Source of the DNA: Flavobacteriaceae bacterium
GTDB taxonomy: Bacteria; Bacteroidota; Bacteroidia; Flavobacteriales; Flavobacteriaceae
Direction: 5' to 3'
Assembly (NCBI GenBank): GCA_036478895.1
Contig: JAZGEV010000011.1
Coordinates: 25,836-89,835 of the forward strand
Length of the DNA stretch: 64,000 bases
Shown here: positions 8,721 to 19,400 of the stretch, one piece after another
How positions within the stretch are numbered: the first letter of the stretch is position 1
How the letters are laid out: each line of letters begins with the position of its first letter
Translations under genes and position numbers: made by a program
Notes under the pieces: model-generated
What the model was told of the DNA's origin: nothing
The model's input: only the letters and a program-made list of their open reading frames with translations
The model's database searches: none

Positions 8721-11258
8721 TTAAAATTTAACTTTAAATCCTACACTAAATGTTCTACCAGCACCATAATAAACAGTTGCACCAGTATGATCTCCACCTT
8801 GTGATCCACGAGCGTCAGACACATACTCTGTATTGAAAACATTATTGATTCTTCCTATTACTTTTGCATCTAAACCACCAACATCAAAGCCGTGTTTTAA
8901 ACCTAAATCAAATAAGCCATACGCTGGTAATTCCCAAGAATTTGCTCTGTTTGATGAATCTGTACTTCCAGTAATTCTATACGAAGCAAATAAATCACTT
9001 GCATAGTTATAATCGATATAAATTGATGATTTTTCTAATAAATCATAATCTAAACCTAAAGCGAATGTTGTTTGTGCAGCATCAGATACTTTTAAATCTT
9101 TTGCGTAAACGTTTACGGTTCTTAATAACGTTCCGTCTTCAGCAAAAACATCACCACTTGTGTCATTTTTCCATTTCCAATCTCCTAAAGAAGCCATTCC
9201 TTTAAACTTTAATTTATCGGTTGCTCTATAAACTAAGTCTAATTCTACACCTTGGTGTAATGCATCTAAACCAGGAATATTGTATTCAATTCTAGTTGTT
9301 TGATCGTCTGGATTTGGTTCGCTACCTGTTAAAGATTTATCGATCCAAGATGTTCTGTACACATTTAAGTGTCCTGATAATTTTGGGCTTTTATAACCAT
9401 ATCCTAACTCTGCACTAAATACTTTTTCGTTTAAAGCATCTTCATTTAATTCAGTTGAACTTTTACTTAAAAACACATTTCCGGTTAAGAATGGTGCTTT
9501 TGAAAAATAACCAACATTTGCAAATACGTTACTTTCGTCATTTAAATTGTAGTTTGCACCACCTTTTACACTATACCCAATAAAGTTTGCATCTTCAGAT
9601 AGTCTTTGATCGTCTGTTGAAGCATATTTCATAAAATCTTCTTTACTGTATGTTGTACTTGTTGCTGCTGTAGATACAAATATAGAAATATTGTCTTGAG
9701 GCGAATATTCTGCTTGAGCAAACAAACCTGCTTTTACAACTTTTCCATCGTAATCTTTATTGAAACGATCACCTACTTTTAAAGCTTGGTTAAATGTATT
9801 GTCTGATGATCTTGTGTTAAGATAATATTGACCACCTAATAAATCTGTTACTTCGTACCAGTGAGAACCTACATAATATCTTGTGTCTAAACCACCAGAT
9901 ATTGCTAATTTATCATTTACATTTGTTTTCATTGTAGATAACAAACCGTACCATTTATGTGCGTTTCTTGATGCAGCAAAAATATCTGAAGAACCAAAAG
10001 AGCCGTTTGCTTTATTTTCAGCTACAATACGATCGTAATTGATTGGTTGATCGTTAGAACCTAAACGGTAAGTATCGTCTGTTAATTTTGAACCTTGAGG
10101 TCTTCTTCCGCCACCTTCACCAAACGATGCATAAACTGCAGTTGTTAAAAATGTATTATCACTAATTGTCCAGTTATGGTTTAATGAAATTTGTGGTTTA
10201 TGATAAAAGTTATAAGACGAATGTTCTACTTGTCCGTTTCTATAACCCCAATCTGGATTAAATCTTTTTGGACCAGATTCTGTTGCTTTATAACCTGCAA
10301 TTGTACGTCTATTGTAACGTTGACCGTGCGTTTGTTTAGCTCCAAATGCTGTGAAAGATAATTTATGATCGTCATTAATTTGTTTTGCTAAATTCACAAA
10401 ATAGTTAAAGCCATCAAAATTAGTTCCATCTACATAACCATCTCCAGTAATTTTTGCAGCAGAAACTGTTGCAGCAAATCCGTTGTCCATTTTACCAGTA
10501 GATAAAGTAACACCAAATTTTAAATAACCGTCATTTGCAACACCCATTTTTACATTTCCACCTTTGGTAGCATCGGTAGATTTTGTAATGATGTTAATTG
10601 TTCCACCTACAGATGGTACGGCTACTTTTGAAGCTCCTAAACCACGTTGTACTTGCATTGCGCTTGTTACATCACCTAAACCAGCCCAGTTTGACCAGTA
10701 AACTGCACCATTTTCCATATCATTAACAGGTACACCATTAATTAATACACCAATGTTTTGAGAGCCAAACCCTCTTAAGTTAATTCTACCATCACCATAT
10801 CCACCACCAGTTTTGGTAGCATATACACCAGGTGTAGATTTTAATATTTCAGGAAATTCTTGTGTTCCTAATTTTTCTTCAATGACTGCTGCTTTAATTG
10901 TAGAAACTGCCACTGGCGTTTTTCTATCTACTGCAAACGATGTTGCTGTTAAAACGATTTCACTTAAAGACTCTCCATTATCACTCATCAATACAGTGCC
11001 TAAATTATCGCCTGTACTAAAAGAGATTTCAATTGGTTCATAACCAACATAAGATAATACTAATGTTCCAGTTTTTGCTTTTTCAATAGTAAAATTACCA
11101 TCAAAATCTGTTGTTGTACCCATTGAAGTACCTTTTACTGTTACATTTACATCAGCTAAAGGTCCAGCTTCATCAGCTACTGTACCAGAGATTTGTGCAA
11201 AAATAGTTGCAGATGCCAAAAGCATCACAACTAACCATAAATTTGAAATTTTTTTCAT
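8721..11258 (-). CDS. TonB-dependent receptor (CarboxypepD_reg N-domain + plug + barrel)
   Basis: ISGTVADEAGPLADVNVTVKGT, the plug segment RINLRGFGSQNIGVLINGVPVND, and the C-terminal beta signal SVGFKVKF. Confidence 0.85.
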   Translation of the reverse strand: MKKISNLWLVVMLLASATIFAQISGTVADEAGPLADVNVTVKGTSMGTTTDFDGNFTIEKAKTGTLVLSYVGYEPIEISFSTGDNLGTVLMSDNGESLSEIVLTATSFAVDRKTPVAVSTIKAAVIEEKLGTQEFPEILKSTPGVYATKTGGGYGDGRINLRGFGSQNIGVLINGVPVNDMENGAVYWSNWAGLGDVTSAMQVQRGLGASKVAVPSVGGTINIITKSTDATKGGNVKMGVANDGYLKFGVTLSTGKMDNGFAATVSAAKITGDGYVDGTNFDGFNYFVNLAKQINDDHKLSFTAFGAKQTHGQRYNRRTIAGYKATESGPKRFNPDWGYRNGQVEHSSYNFYHKPQISLNHNWTISDNTFLTTAVYASFGEGGGRRPQGSKLTDDTYRLGSNDQPINYDRIVAENKANGSFGSSDIFAASRNAHKWYGLLSTMKTNVNDKLAISGGLDTRYYVGSHWYEVTDLLGGQYYLNTRSSDNTFNQALKVGDRFNKDYDGKVVKAGLFAQAEYSPQDNISIFVSTAATSTTYSKEDFMKYASTDDQRLSEDANFIGYSVKGGANYNLNDESNVFANVGYFSKAPFLTGNVFLSKSSTELNEDALNEKVFSAELGYGYKSPKLSGHLNVYRTSWIDKSLTGSEPNPDDQTTRIEYNIPGLDALHQGVELDLVYRATDKLKFKGMASLGDWKWKNDTSGDVFAEDGTLLRTVNVYAKDLKVSDAAQTTFALGLDYDLLEKSSIYIDYNYASDLFASYRITGSTDSSNRANSWELPAYGLFDLGLKHGFDVGGLDAKVIGRINNVFNTEYVSDARGSQGGDHTGATVYYGAGRTFSVGFKVKF

Positions 11259-11637
11259 GTGTTTAATTGAATTGAAATTAGTTTAAATAATTATTTTACA
11301 AATTTTGAATAGCTTCGCTAAACATAATGCAAAAATACTTAAAAAGATTACTTATTAAAGTATTTTAACATTAGTTTCTTTTAACAAGTTTTTAACAAGT
11401 TATAGAATCTAATCAAGATAATGATTTGAAGTGATTCCTTTTAGAGAAAATTAATATTAATTAAAAAGACATTAGACCGCTTCGCTTTTATATACTAGAC
11501 GATAGAATAAAGTATTCTCTACTTAAATTTACATTGAGTTTATCCAAATTTTGAACGGCTAATTAACGCCACATAAATTGACTACCGTTTTTGCAGAACG
11601 ATAGTAATTTAAAAAAGTTAATTCTGTATGAACTACA

Positions 11638-13203
11638 TTAAGAATTTAACATTTTTACAGCTAATTCTTTACCTAATTCTACACCAAATTGATCAAAACT
11701 ATATATGTTCCAAAGAATGCCTTGCGTAAATGTTTTTTGCTCATAAAAAGCAATTAATGCACCCAAATTTTTTGGTGTTAAATTACTGAATAATAAGGTT
11801 GTAGAAGGTTTGTTACCATCAAATATTTTAAACGGTAATAATTGATTAATTTTAGCGCTTTGTCCTTTCGTTTTAAGTTCCAAATGAACGTCTGCAGCCG
11901 TTTTTCCAAAAGCTAACGCATCGGCTTGAGCGTAAAAATTTGCCATTAATTTTTTATGATGATCTGTATTGCCATAAAGCGATTTTTCAAAACCAATAAA
12001 CTCTACTGGAATCAGTTTTGTACCTTGATGAATTAATTGCATAAAGGCATGTTGCATATTGGTTCCTGTACTTCCCCAAATAACATTACCTGTTTGGTAG
12101 GTAATTTTATCGCCATTTCTATCCACACTTTTACCATTACTTTCCATCGATAATTGTTGTAAAAAAGGTGGTAAATTTTCAAGATATTGTGAGTATGGCA
12201 ATACGGCTTCACTCTCTGCATTGTAAAAATTATTATACCAAATACTAATTAGGGCGGATAATACTGGTGCGTTTTTATGAAATGGTGTTGTTCTATAATG
12301 CACATCCATTTCATTAGCGCCTTCTAATAATTCTTTAAATTTAGAAAATCCTATGCTTAAAGAAATACTTAAACCAACAGCCGACCATAAAGAAAATCGT
12401 CCACCAACCCAGTTCCACATTGTAAAAATATTATTTGGATCTATACCAAAGGCACTTACTTTTTCTAAATTAGTTGAAACTGCAACAAAATTGTGTTTAA
12501 TATCTTTTGGCTTGGCATTTTGTAAAAACCATTGCTGAATTGTTGTTGCATTGGTTAAGGTTTCTTGTGTGGTAAAAGTTTTAGAAACAATAACAAACAG
12601 AGTTGTTTCTGGATTAATTTTTTTTAATACTTCTTGTACATGATCGCCATCAATATTAGAAACAAAATGCGTGTTTAAATGATTTTTGTAATACTGCAAA
12701 GATTCTACAACTACACGTGGTCCCAAATCCGATCCACCTATGCCAGTATTTACAATATCTGTAAATGCCTTGCCTGTAAAACCTTTTCTTTTACCGGATA
12801 TTACTTCGTCTGAAAAAGCTTTCATTTTTTTCAAACTGTCTTGTATTGAAGGTATTACATTTTCACCAGAAACGTTTATTTTTTTAGATGTAAAATCTCG
12901 TAAAGCTGTATGTAATACGGCTCTTTCTTCGGTTTCATTAATTATTTCTCCAGTAAATTGCTTTTCAATAGCATCTTTTAAATCACAGTCTTTTGCTAAA
13001 TTACATAATAAATCTATTGTTTCTTTTGTAATTAGATTTTTTGAATAATCAATAGATAAATCATTGGTTTGTATTGTGAAATCTTGCTTCCTTTGCGCAT
13101 CATTAAAAGCATTTTTTAAAGAAAAATTTTGCATTTCATTGACATGGTTTTGCAAGTTTTTCCAAGATTTTGTTGAGGTAGGATTGATTTTTTTTAATGA
13201 CAT
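11638..13203 (-). CDS. pgi: Glucose-6-phosphate isomerase
   Basis: 521 aa with GIGGSDLGP, the SKTFTTQET-type motif and a GVELGK C-terminal region typical of PGI. Confidence 0.95.
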   Translation of the reverse strand: MSLKKINPTSTKSWKNLQNHVNEMQNFSLKNAFNDAQRKQDFTIQTNDLSIDYSKNLITKETIDLLCNLAKDCDLKDAIEKQFTGEIINETEERAVLHTALRDFTSKKINVSGENVIPSIQDSLKKMKAFSDEVISGKRKGFTGKAFTDIVNTGIGGSDLGPRVVVESLQYYKNHLNTHFVSNIDGDHVQEVLKKINPETTLFVIVSKTFTTQETLTNATTIQQWFLQNAKPKDIKHNFVAVSTNLEKVSAFGIDPNNIFTMWNWVGGRFSLWSAVGLSISLSIGFSKFKELLEGANEMDVHYRTTPFHKNAPVLSALISIWYNNFYNAESEAVLPYSQYLENLPPFLQQLSMESNGKSVDRNGDKITYQTGNVIWGSTGTNMQHAFMQLIHQGTKLIPVEFIGFEKSLYGNTDHHKKLMANFYAQADALAFGKTAADVHLELKTKGQSAKINQLLPFKIFDGNKPSTTLLFSNLTPKNLGALIAFYEQKTFTQGILWNIYSFDQFGVELGKELAVKMLNS

Positions 13204-13205
13204 TA

Positions 13206-14477
13206 TTAAGATTTAATAGGTGTTTCTAATGTGTCTAATACTATTTCTATTTGTTCCATAGGATATTGAATACTATCCAATTGAGATTTAATTGGGATGA
13301 TAAACTCTTTAAATAACGGAACTACATCTTTTTTCATTGGATCTGCCGATGGGAGTTTTTGTTTAAACGGATCTACTTCTTTTCCGTTTTTCCAAAAACG
13401 ATAACAAACGTGTGGTCCTGCAGTACTTCCTGTCATGCCAATCCAACCAATAACATCGCCTTGTTTTACAAAATCGCCTACTTTTACTTTACGTTTTTTC
13501 ATATGTAAATATTGCGTAGAATACGTGCCATTGTGTTTAATTTTTACATAATTTCCGTTGCCACCTCTGTAAGCCGATTTAGTTACTGTTCCGTTTGCAG
13601 TACTAACAATTGGTGTGCCAATTGGAGATGGAAAATCTGTGCCTCGATGTGCTTTTACACGATTACCATAATGTTTTATACGGCGTTTTAAATTATAACG
13701 AGACGAGACTCTGCTACTAAATTTTAAAGGTGCTTTTAAAAATGCACGACGTAAATTATTAGTTTGATCATCATAAAACTCTGGAATATTTTTGGTAGAA
13801 TCAACCACATATCTAAAACCATAAAATGGCTTTTTCTTATGTTCAAAATATGCTGCTTTAATATTTCCAATACCTACCGATACACTATCATCTATAAAGC
13901 GTTCTTCGTAAATTACTTTATATTTATCGCCTTTACTTAAATGATAAAAGTCAATAGTCCAAGCATAAATATCAGATAAGGCAAACGTAAGATTGTAATT
14001 AACACCTTGCGCTTCAATAGCGTTTGATAATGACGAGTCTATAATGCCTGATGCTGTTTTTATAACCGTTTTAACTGGCTTTTTACCAATATAAGCCTTT
14101 TCTTTATTGTTTAAATCTAAAACTAAATACTCAACTTTATTTGGTTGATATATAAATACTTGTGCTTTTTCAGTTGAATCTTTTGATGCAAGTATTGTGT
14201 AACGTTTACCAACGCGTAAATTACGTGCAATGTCAAAAGTGTTTTTTGAATTTGCAACAATTTTATTTATAGTTGGGTTTTCTACGTGATGCTTGTCCAT
14301 TAAATAACCAAAGGTTTCGTCTTTTTTTACGATGCTTTCAATCACTTTATAATCATTGAAAACATAACCAAATTTCTTGACTATCACAGGTTTTTTCTCA
14401 ATTACTGGTATTGGTTTTACTTCTTTTTTACAAGAAATGGCTAAAATAGTAAGTGTAATGAGAAGTAAGTTTTTCAC
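13206..14477 (-). CDS. M23 family metallopeptidase
   Basis: HRGTDFPSPIGTPIV...GNYVKIKH...YLHM...GSTAGPHVCYRF (HxxxD and HxH-like M23 motifs). N-terminal signal anchor. Confidence 0.85.
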   Translation of the reverse strand: MKNLLLITLTILAISCKKEVKPIPVIEKKPVIVKKFGYVFNDYKVIESIVKKDETFGYLMDKHHVENPTINKIVANSKNTFDIARNLRVGKRYTILASKDSTEKAQVFIYQPNKVEYLVLDLNNKEKAYIGKKPVKTVIKTASGIIDSSLSNAIEAQGVNYNLTFALSDIYAWTIDFYHLSKGDKYKVIYEERFIDDSVSVGIGNIKAAYFEHKKKPFYGFRYVVDSTKNIPEFYDDQTNNLRRAFLKAPLKFSSRVSSRYNLKRRIKHYGNRVKAHRGTDFPSPIGTPIVSTANGTVTKSAYRGGNGNYVKIKHNGTYSTQYLHMKKRKVKVGDFVKQGDVIGWIGMTGSTAGPHVCYRFWKNGKEVDPFKQKLPSADPMKKDVVPLFKEFIIPIKSQLDSIQYPMEQIEIVLDTLETPIKS

Positions 14478-14553
14478 GATAAAATTTGGTCTTTGGGTTA
14501 AGTGCCAAAATTAGCAAATTTTTAGGTGAGGTTATTATAAAAAAGTCTTAAAA

Positions 14554-15321
14554 TTATTTTAAGCTTGTAGCGTTTGCTAAGCCTGTATATTTATACAAAT
14601 CTGCTCTTAAAGAACCAACCGATAATGATGCTTTAATACGCAATGGAATTTTATTATCATCATCACTTACCCAAACAGTAACACTTTCTTTTTCTTTAAA
14701 AACACGACCAGATGCAACTAAAGGGCGAAATTTAGCCGCTTTAATAGTTCCAAATTTAGTATTTATGGTTTCTCTACCTAAAAAACGTAATTTCATATGC
14801 ATGGTTTCTTGATCTAAAAATATAGGTAATTCCAATTCATCCCCTTTTTTAAAATTACTAATATCTTGATTTCTCATAAAATACAAAGCTGATAATAAGT
14901 CTTGAACTTCGCCAGTAGTTTTAAACGTTTTACGTGATTTTTTTTCATTATCTACTACAACTGCTTTTTTAGTATCTTGGTCAAATAATATTTCTTTATC
15001 TTTAGTGTATCCACCTTCATTTATTTGTCTGATAAAGCGATAAGGTAAAAAAGTGTCTTTATAAAAAAAGGTTTCATAATTGTCACGCACTTTAAAAAAC
15101 CAATTAATCATACCTGTCGTTTTTCCTTTTCCAACTACATGAAATGCTTCTTTCCCTTTGTTATAAGCGCCTTTAACTTCCATTGTTGCATAGCCAGCCG
15201 TTAAAAAGTTACTATAACTCAAACGGAATTTTAAATTCTCTCCTTCTTTAAATGCTAATTTTTCTTGTGAAAAAGATGCAAAAGAAAGCCATAAACTTAG
15301 GATAAATATTATTTTTTTCAT
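14554..15321 (-). CDS. DUF3108-like secreted protein
   Basis: Start moved to MKKIIFILSLW (signal peptide). The AFKEGENLKFRLSYSNFLTAGYATMEV pattern resembles DUF3108, recalled from memory. Confidence 0.45.
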   Translation of the reverse strand: MKKIIFILSLWLSFASFSQEKLAFKEGENLKFRLSYSNFLTAGYATMEVKGAYNKGKEAFHVVGKGKTTGMINWFFKVRDNYETFFYKDTFLPYRFIRQINEGGYTKDKEILFDQDTKKAVVVDNEKKSRKTFKTTGEVQDLLSALYFMRNQDISNFKKGDELELPIFLDQETMHMKLRFLGRETINTKFGTIKAAKFRPLVASGRVFKEKESVTVWVSDDDNKIPLRIKASLSVGSLRADLYKYTGLANATSLK

Positions 15322-15449
15322 GTGATTGTCGTTCTTTGTTAAGATGAAGGTATTGTTGTTATAGTATCTTAAAATCAAATATTGTTCCAATTTTTAAAAA
15401 GGAATCCCAAATGTAGTCAATTTTAATTTTAGGTTTGTATTTTTGAACA

Positions 15450-16040
15450 ATGGATGACTTTTTATTTTATACCCAACAAGGGTTTACACATGTGCTTGAT
15501 AAAAACGCATTAGATCATATTTTGTTTTTTATAGCTTTAGTCGTTGTTTTTAGTTTTAAAGATTGGAAAAAAGCGCTTTGGTTAATAACATTTTTCACTT
15601 TAGGACACAGCGTTACCTTTGGTTTATCATCTTATGGATATATTGATTTAAACGTTGATTTAATTGAGTTTATAATTCCTATTACCATTTTAATTCCGCT
15701 TATATATAACAGCTATTATGCTTATAAAAAATCGGATAAAAAGAAAAATAATCGCAACATTTATTTTTCTTTTTTCTTTGGGTTATTTCACGGCTTAGGC
15801 TTTTCTAGTTATTTTAGAATATTGGATGTGGACAATAAACTAGTTCCATTAATGACATTTTCTTTAGGTATTGAATTGGCGCAAATAGTTGTTGTTTTAG
15901 CAACACTTACTTTAGGTTATATTTTACAATCTCTTGTCTTTAAGAATATTAAAAACATAAAGAATGTCTGGACTCTTGGAGTTTCGGGAATTGTATTTGT
16001 AATTATTATACCTATGTTAGTTTCTAGATGGCCGTTTTAA
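15450..16040 (+). CDS. HupE/UreJ family membrane protein
   Basis: Multi-TM with LDHILFFIALV, TLGHSVTF, LFHGLGFSS and GIELAQ motifs. Paralog at 61756-62439. Confidence 0.7.
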   Translation: MDDFLFYTQQGFTHVLDKNALDHILFFIALVVVFSFKDWKKALWLITFFTLGHSVTFGLSSYGYIDLNVDLIEFIIPITILIPLIYNSYYAYKKSDKKKNNRNIYFSFFFGLFHGLGFSSYFRILDVDNKLVPLMTFSLGIELAQIVVVLATLTLGYILQSLVFKNIKNIKNVWTLGVSGIVFVIIIPMLVSRWPF

Positions 16041-16047
16041 CCAATCT

Positions 16048-16099
16048 CGATCTAAAATCGGGATAAGTGAAACTAGCCGTATTTTGTGCGTTTCGAAAA
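16048..16099. repeat. 5' half of a long-hairpin element (52 bp identical to 16369-16420)
   Basis: CGATCTAAAATCGGGATAAGTGAAACTAGCCGTATTTTGTGCGTTTCGAAAA matches copy B exactly. Confidence 0.9.
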
Positions 16100-16138
16100 T
16101 GAAATAGTGTAAGCTCATATTTTTAATTAATTTATACT

Positions 16139-16204
16139 GTCATTCCTGCGAAAGCAGGAATCCATATTATAATTCTATTAAATTCCTACTTTCGCAGGAA
16201 TGAT
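16139..16204. repeat. Inverted pair of GTCATTCC..GGAAT REP-like hairpins
   Basis: GTCATTCCTGCGAAAGCAGGAATCCA (16139-16164) and ATTCCTACTTTCGCAGGAATGAT (16182-16204). Confidence 0.8.
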
Positions 16205-16286
16205 ATTTTGTTTAATTACAGTTTCTACAAATAGTGTTATTTTCTTTAAAAATAATCTCTTTTATATAATTGTAAGTTTGCCTTGT

Positions 16287-16310
16287 AAAACGAAACTTCA
16301 AAATACGGCG
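16287..16310. repeat. 3' half of the long-hairpin element (24 bp identical to 16417-16440)
   Basis: AAAACGAAACTTCAAAATACGGCG is an exact match to copy B. Confidence 0.9.
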
Positions 16311-16368
16311 AATTGGCTTGATAAATGAAAGTTATAGTAAAAAACAAATGTGTTTTAATTAATGATCC

Positions 16369-16446
16369 CGATCTAAAATCGGGATAAGTGAAACTAGCCG
16401 TATTTTGTGCGTTTCGAAAACGAAACTTCAAAATACGGCGTTTCAC
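16369..16446. repeat. Intact long-hairpin element
   Basis: CCCGAT-CTAAA-ATCGGG mini-hairpin, then GTGAAAC-ta-GCCGTATTTTG-tgc-GTTTCG-AAAA-CGAAAC-tt-CAAAATACGGC-GTTTCAC (about 24 paired bp). Confidence 0.85.
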
Positions 16447-16481
16447 TAAAATTACGTACATTTATCGGCTAAATAAAAAAA

Positions 16482-19400
16482 TTGAAGAAATTTAAAAACA
16501 TAGAATCAAAATTAAATGCTTTTATTAAAAAGTTTTATACCAATGAACTTATAAAAGGGCTTATCCTATTCTTTGCTTTTGGTTTACTCTATTTTATCTT
16601 AACTTTATTTATTGAATATTTTTTGTGGTTAAAACCCACAGCAAGAACACTTCTTTTTTGGACATTTATACTCATTGAAATTGGATTATTAACTAAATTT
16701 ATTCTTTTTCCTTTAGTGAAACTTTTTGGGTTACAAAAAGGAATTTCATACAAAGATGCTTCAAAAATTATTGGAAAACATTTTAATGAAGTTGATGATA
16801 AACTGCTTAATGTGTTGCAATTGAATGATGCAGAAAATCCATCGGACTTATTATTAGCAAGTATTGAACAGAAATCTGTTGATCTAAATCCTATTCCTTT
16901 TAAACAAGCAATAAACTTTAGTAAAAATAAAAAATATTTAAAGTACTTAGCTATTCCTTTAATTATATGGATGATTACATTCTTAACCGGAAACGATTAT
17001 ATTTTTAAAGATAGCTTAAATAGAGTTGTAAATTATCAAACTGCTTACACGCCACCAGCTCCATTTTCATTTGAAGTTGTCACTAAAAATTTAAAGTCGA
17101 TTGAAGGTAAACCGTTCACAATAAATGTAAAAACAAAAGGCAATACAACTCCCGAAAATGTTAAAATTCATTTTAATGATACCCAATATTATTTAAAAGA
17201 AACAGATTTAGCAGCATTCTCTCATACTTTTTCAAATCTTAACGAAAACACAACATTTTATCTTGAAGCTAATGGTATTAAATCAAAAGATTTTACCATA
17301 GAAATAATCAAAACGCCTAGTATTTTAAATTTTTCTATGTTTCTTAATTATCCTAAGTATACACAAAAAACGGATGAAAAAATTACCAATACAGGAAATG
17401 CAATTGTTCCAGAAGGCACAACGGTCACTTGGAAAGTAAACACAAAAAACACCACTCATATTAATCTATTAAATGTAACAGATAGTGCTACTTTTAAGCT
17501 AAAAAGCCTTAATAATTATCAGAATTATTCACTATCAAAACGTTTAAGTACTAATTTAGATTATATTATTAAAACATCTAACAATCAATTAAAAAACTTT
17601 GAAAACTTAAGCTATGGTATTCAAGTTATAAAAGATGAATATCCAAACTTAATCATTAAAACCGATATCGATAGTATTGCACGAGGAAAAGCACAATTCA
17701 TTGGTCAAATTACCGATGATTACGGTATAAAAAATCTTTCATTGGTATATTACGATAAAGAAAATAAATCAAACACACAGCAATTTCCAATTTCGGTAAA
17801 AAACACCACTTTTCAAGAATTCTATTATGTTTTTCCTAATGGTTTAAATTTAAATAAAGGCGTTAATTATGAATTCTATTTTCAATTATTTGATAATGAT
17901 GCAATCAATGGAAATAAATCTATAAAAAGTAAAATTTTTAAGTATCGCAACAAAACTGATAATGAACTAGATGAAGATTTATTAAAAGAACAAAAACAAA
18001 CTTTAGAGGAATTAAATAAAACGACAAAAAAATCAGAAAAACTCAATAAGTCTTTAGAAGATTTCTCTAAAAAGATGAAAAATAAAGCGTCAATGGATTG
18101 GCAAGATAAAAAAGAACTTAAGCAATTTGTAAAGCGTCAAGAACAATATCAAGAAATACTACAAAAAAACACTGAAAAATTACAACAAAATATTGACGAA
18201 TTAAAAGATGAAAATAACCCTAATTTAAAACAAAGAAAAGAAGATCTTAAAAAGCGTTTAGAAGAAATAAAGGAAATGCAAAAAAAAGAAAAGCTTTTGG
18301 ATGAAATAAAAAAAATAGCTGATAAAATAGATAAAGAAAAATTTATAGAAAAGCTTGATAAATTAACACAAAAGAATAAACAAAAAGAAAAATCATTAGA
18401 ACGTATTTTAGAACTTACAAAACGTTTTTATGTCGAAAAAAAGGCTGAAGAAATTAAAAACAAACTGTTAGACTTAGCTAAAAAACAAGAGGAGTTAGCT
18501 AAAGATAAAGACAATTCAGCTAAAAAACAAAAGGCGTTAAATAAGGAATTTGAAGCTTTAAAGAAAGAAATGGCTGAGCTTCAAAAAGAAAATAAAATGC
18601 TTAAAAAACCAATGGATATTCCAAAAAAATCTGCCGAAGAAAAAGCCATTGATAAGGATATGAAAAAAGCCGAAGAGAAATTGGAAGAAAGTGAAAATAA
18701 GCCAAATGAAGAAGGAGAAGAGAGTAAAGGAGATGCTAAAAAGAAACAGAAAGCAGCTGCCAAAAAAATGAAAAAAATGAGTGGCGAAATGGAAGCTGCA
18801 ATGGCTATGGGCGGCGGAGGCGAAATGATGGAAGAAGATATTGATAATATACGTGCTATTATAGATAATTTAATCATTTTTTCATTAAAACAAGAGGCAT
18901 TAATGAACGCTTTTGAAATTGTGAATTCATCGCATCCAGAATTTGGTAAAAAACTAAAACTACAACATGTGCTTAAAGAACATTTTGAACATATTGATGA
19001 TAGTATTTATGCTTTAGCACTTCGTAATCCAAAAATATCTGAAAAAATAAATGAAGACATTACAGAAGCACATTATAATATTAATCAATCTCTAGAAAAT
19101 ATTGCAGAAAACAAAATACGTCAAGGTGTAAGTAATCAACAAACTACCATGATGGCTGCCAATAATTTGGCTGATTATTTTAGCGATGTGTTGGATAATG
19201 AACAAAACCCTAAAAGCGGAAAAGGACAAGGAAAAGGAAAGGGAAAAGGAAAAGGAAAAGGGAAAGGAAAAGGTGATGGTTTCAGTTTACCAGATATAAT
19301 TAAAAAACAAGGTGAGATGATGAAGAAAGGACAAGAAAAAGGGAAAAAAGGAGATAAAGGGAAGAAAGGTGAAGATGGAAAAAAAGGGGAAAATGGCAAG

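Noticed and set aside
15450-16040. The two HupE/UreJ genes (15450-16040 and 61756-62439) as a recent duplication or mobile cargo.
   Set aside because: They share only family motifs rather than extended identity, and no shared flanking sequence is visible. They are ancient paralogs.
16041-16461. CRISPR-like array, because identical repeats occur in a non-coding stretch.
   Set aside because: Only two full or partial copies are present, the spacing is irregular, the units are half-elements of one hairpin, and there are no cas genes. A nested small mobile or REP-type element explains it better.
16246-16461. 71-aa minus-strand ORF from the track.
   Set aside because: It lies entirely within the repeat and hairpin elements, has no recognisable domain and has odd composition. 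It is most likely spurious.
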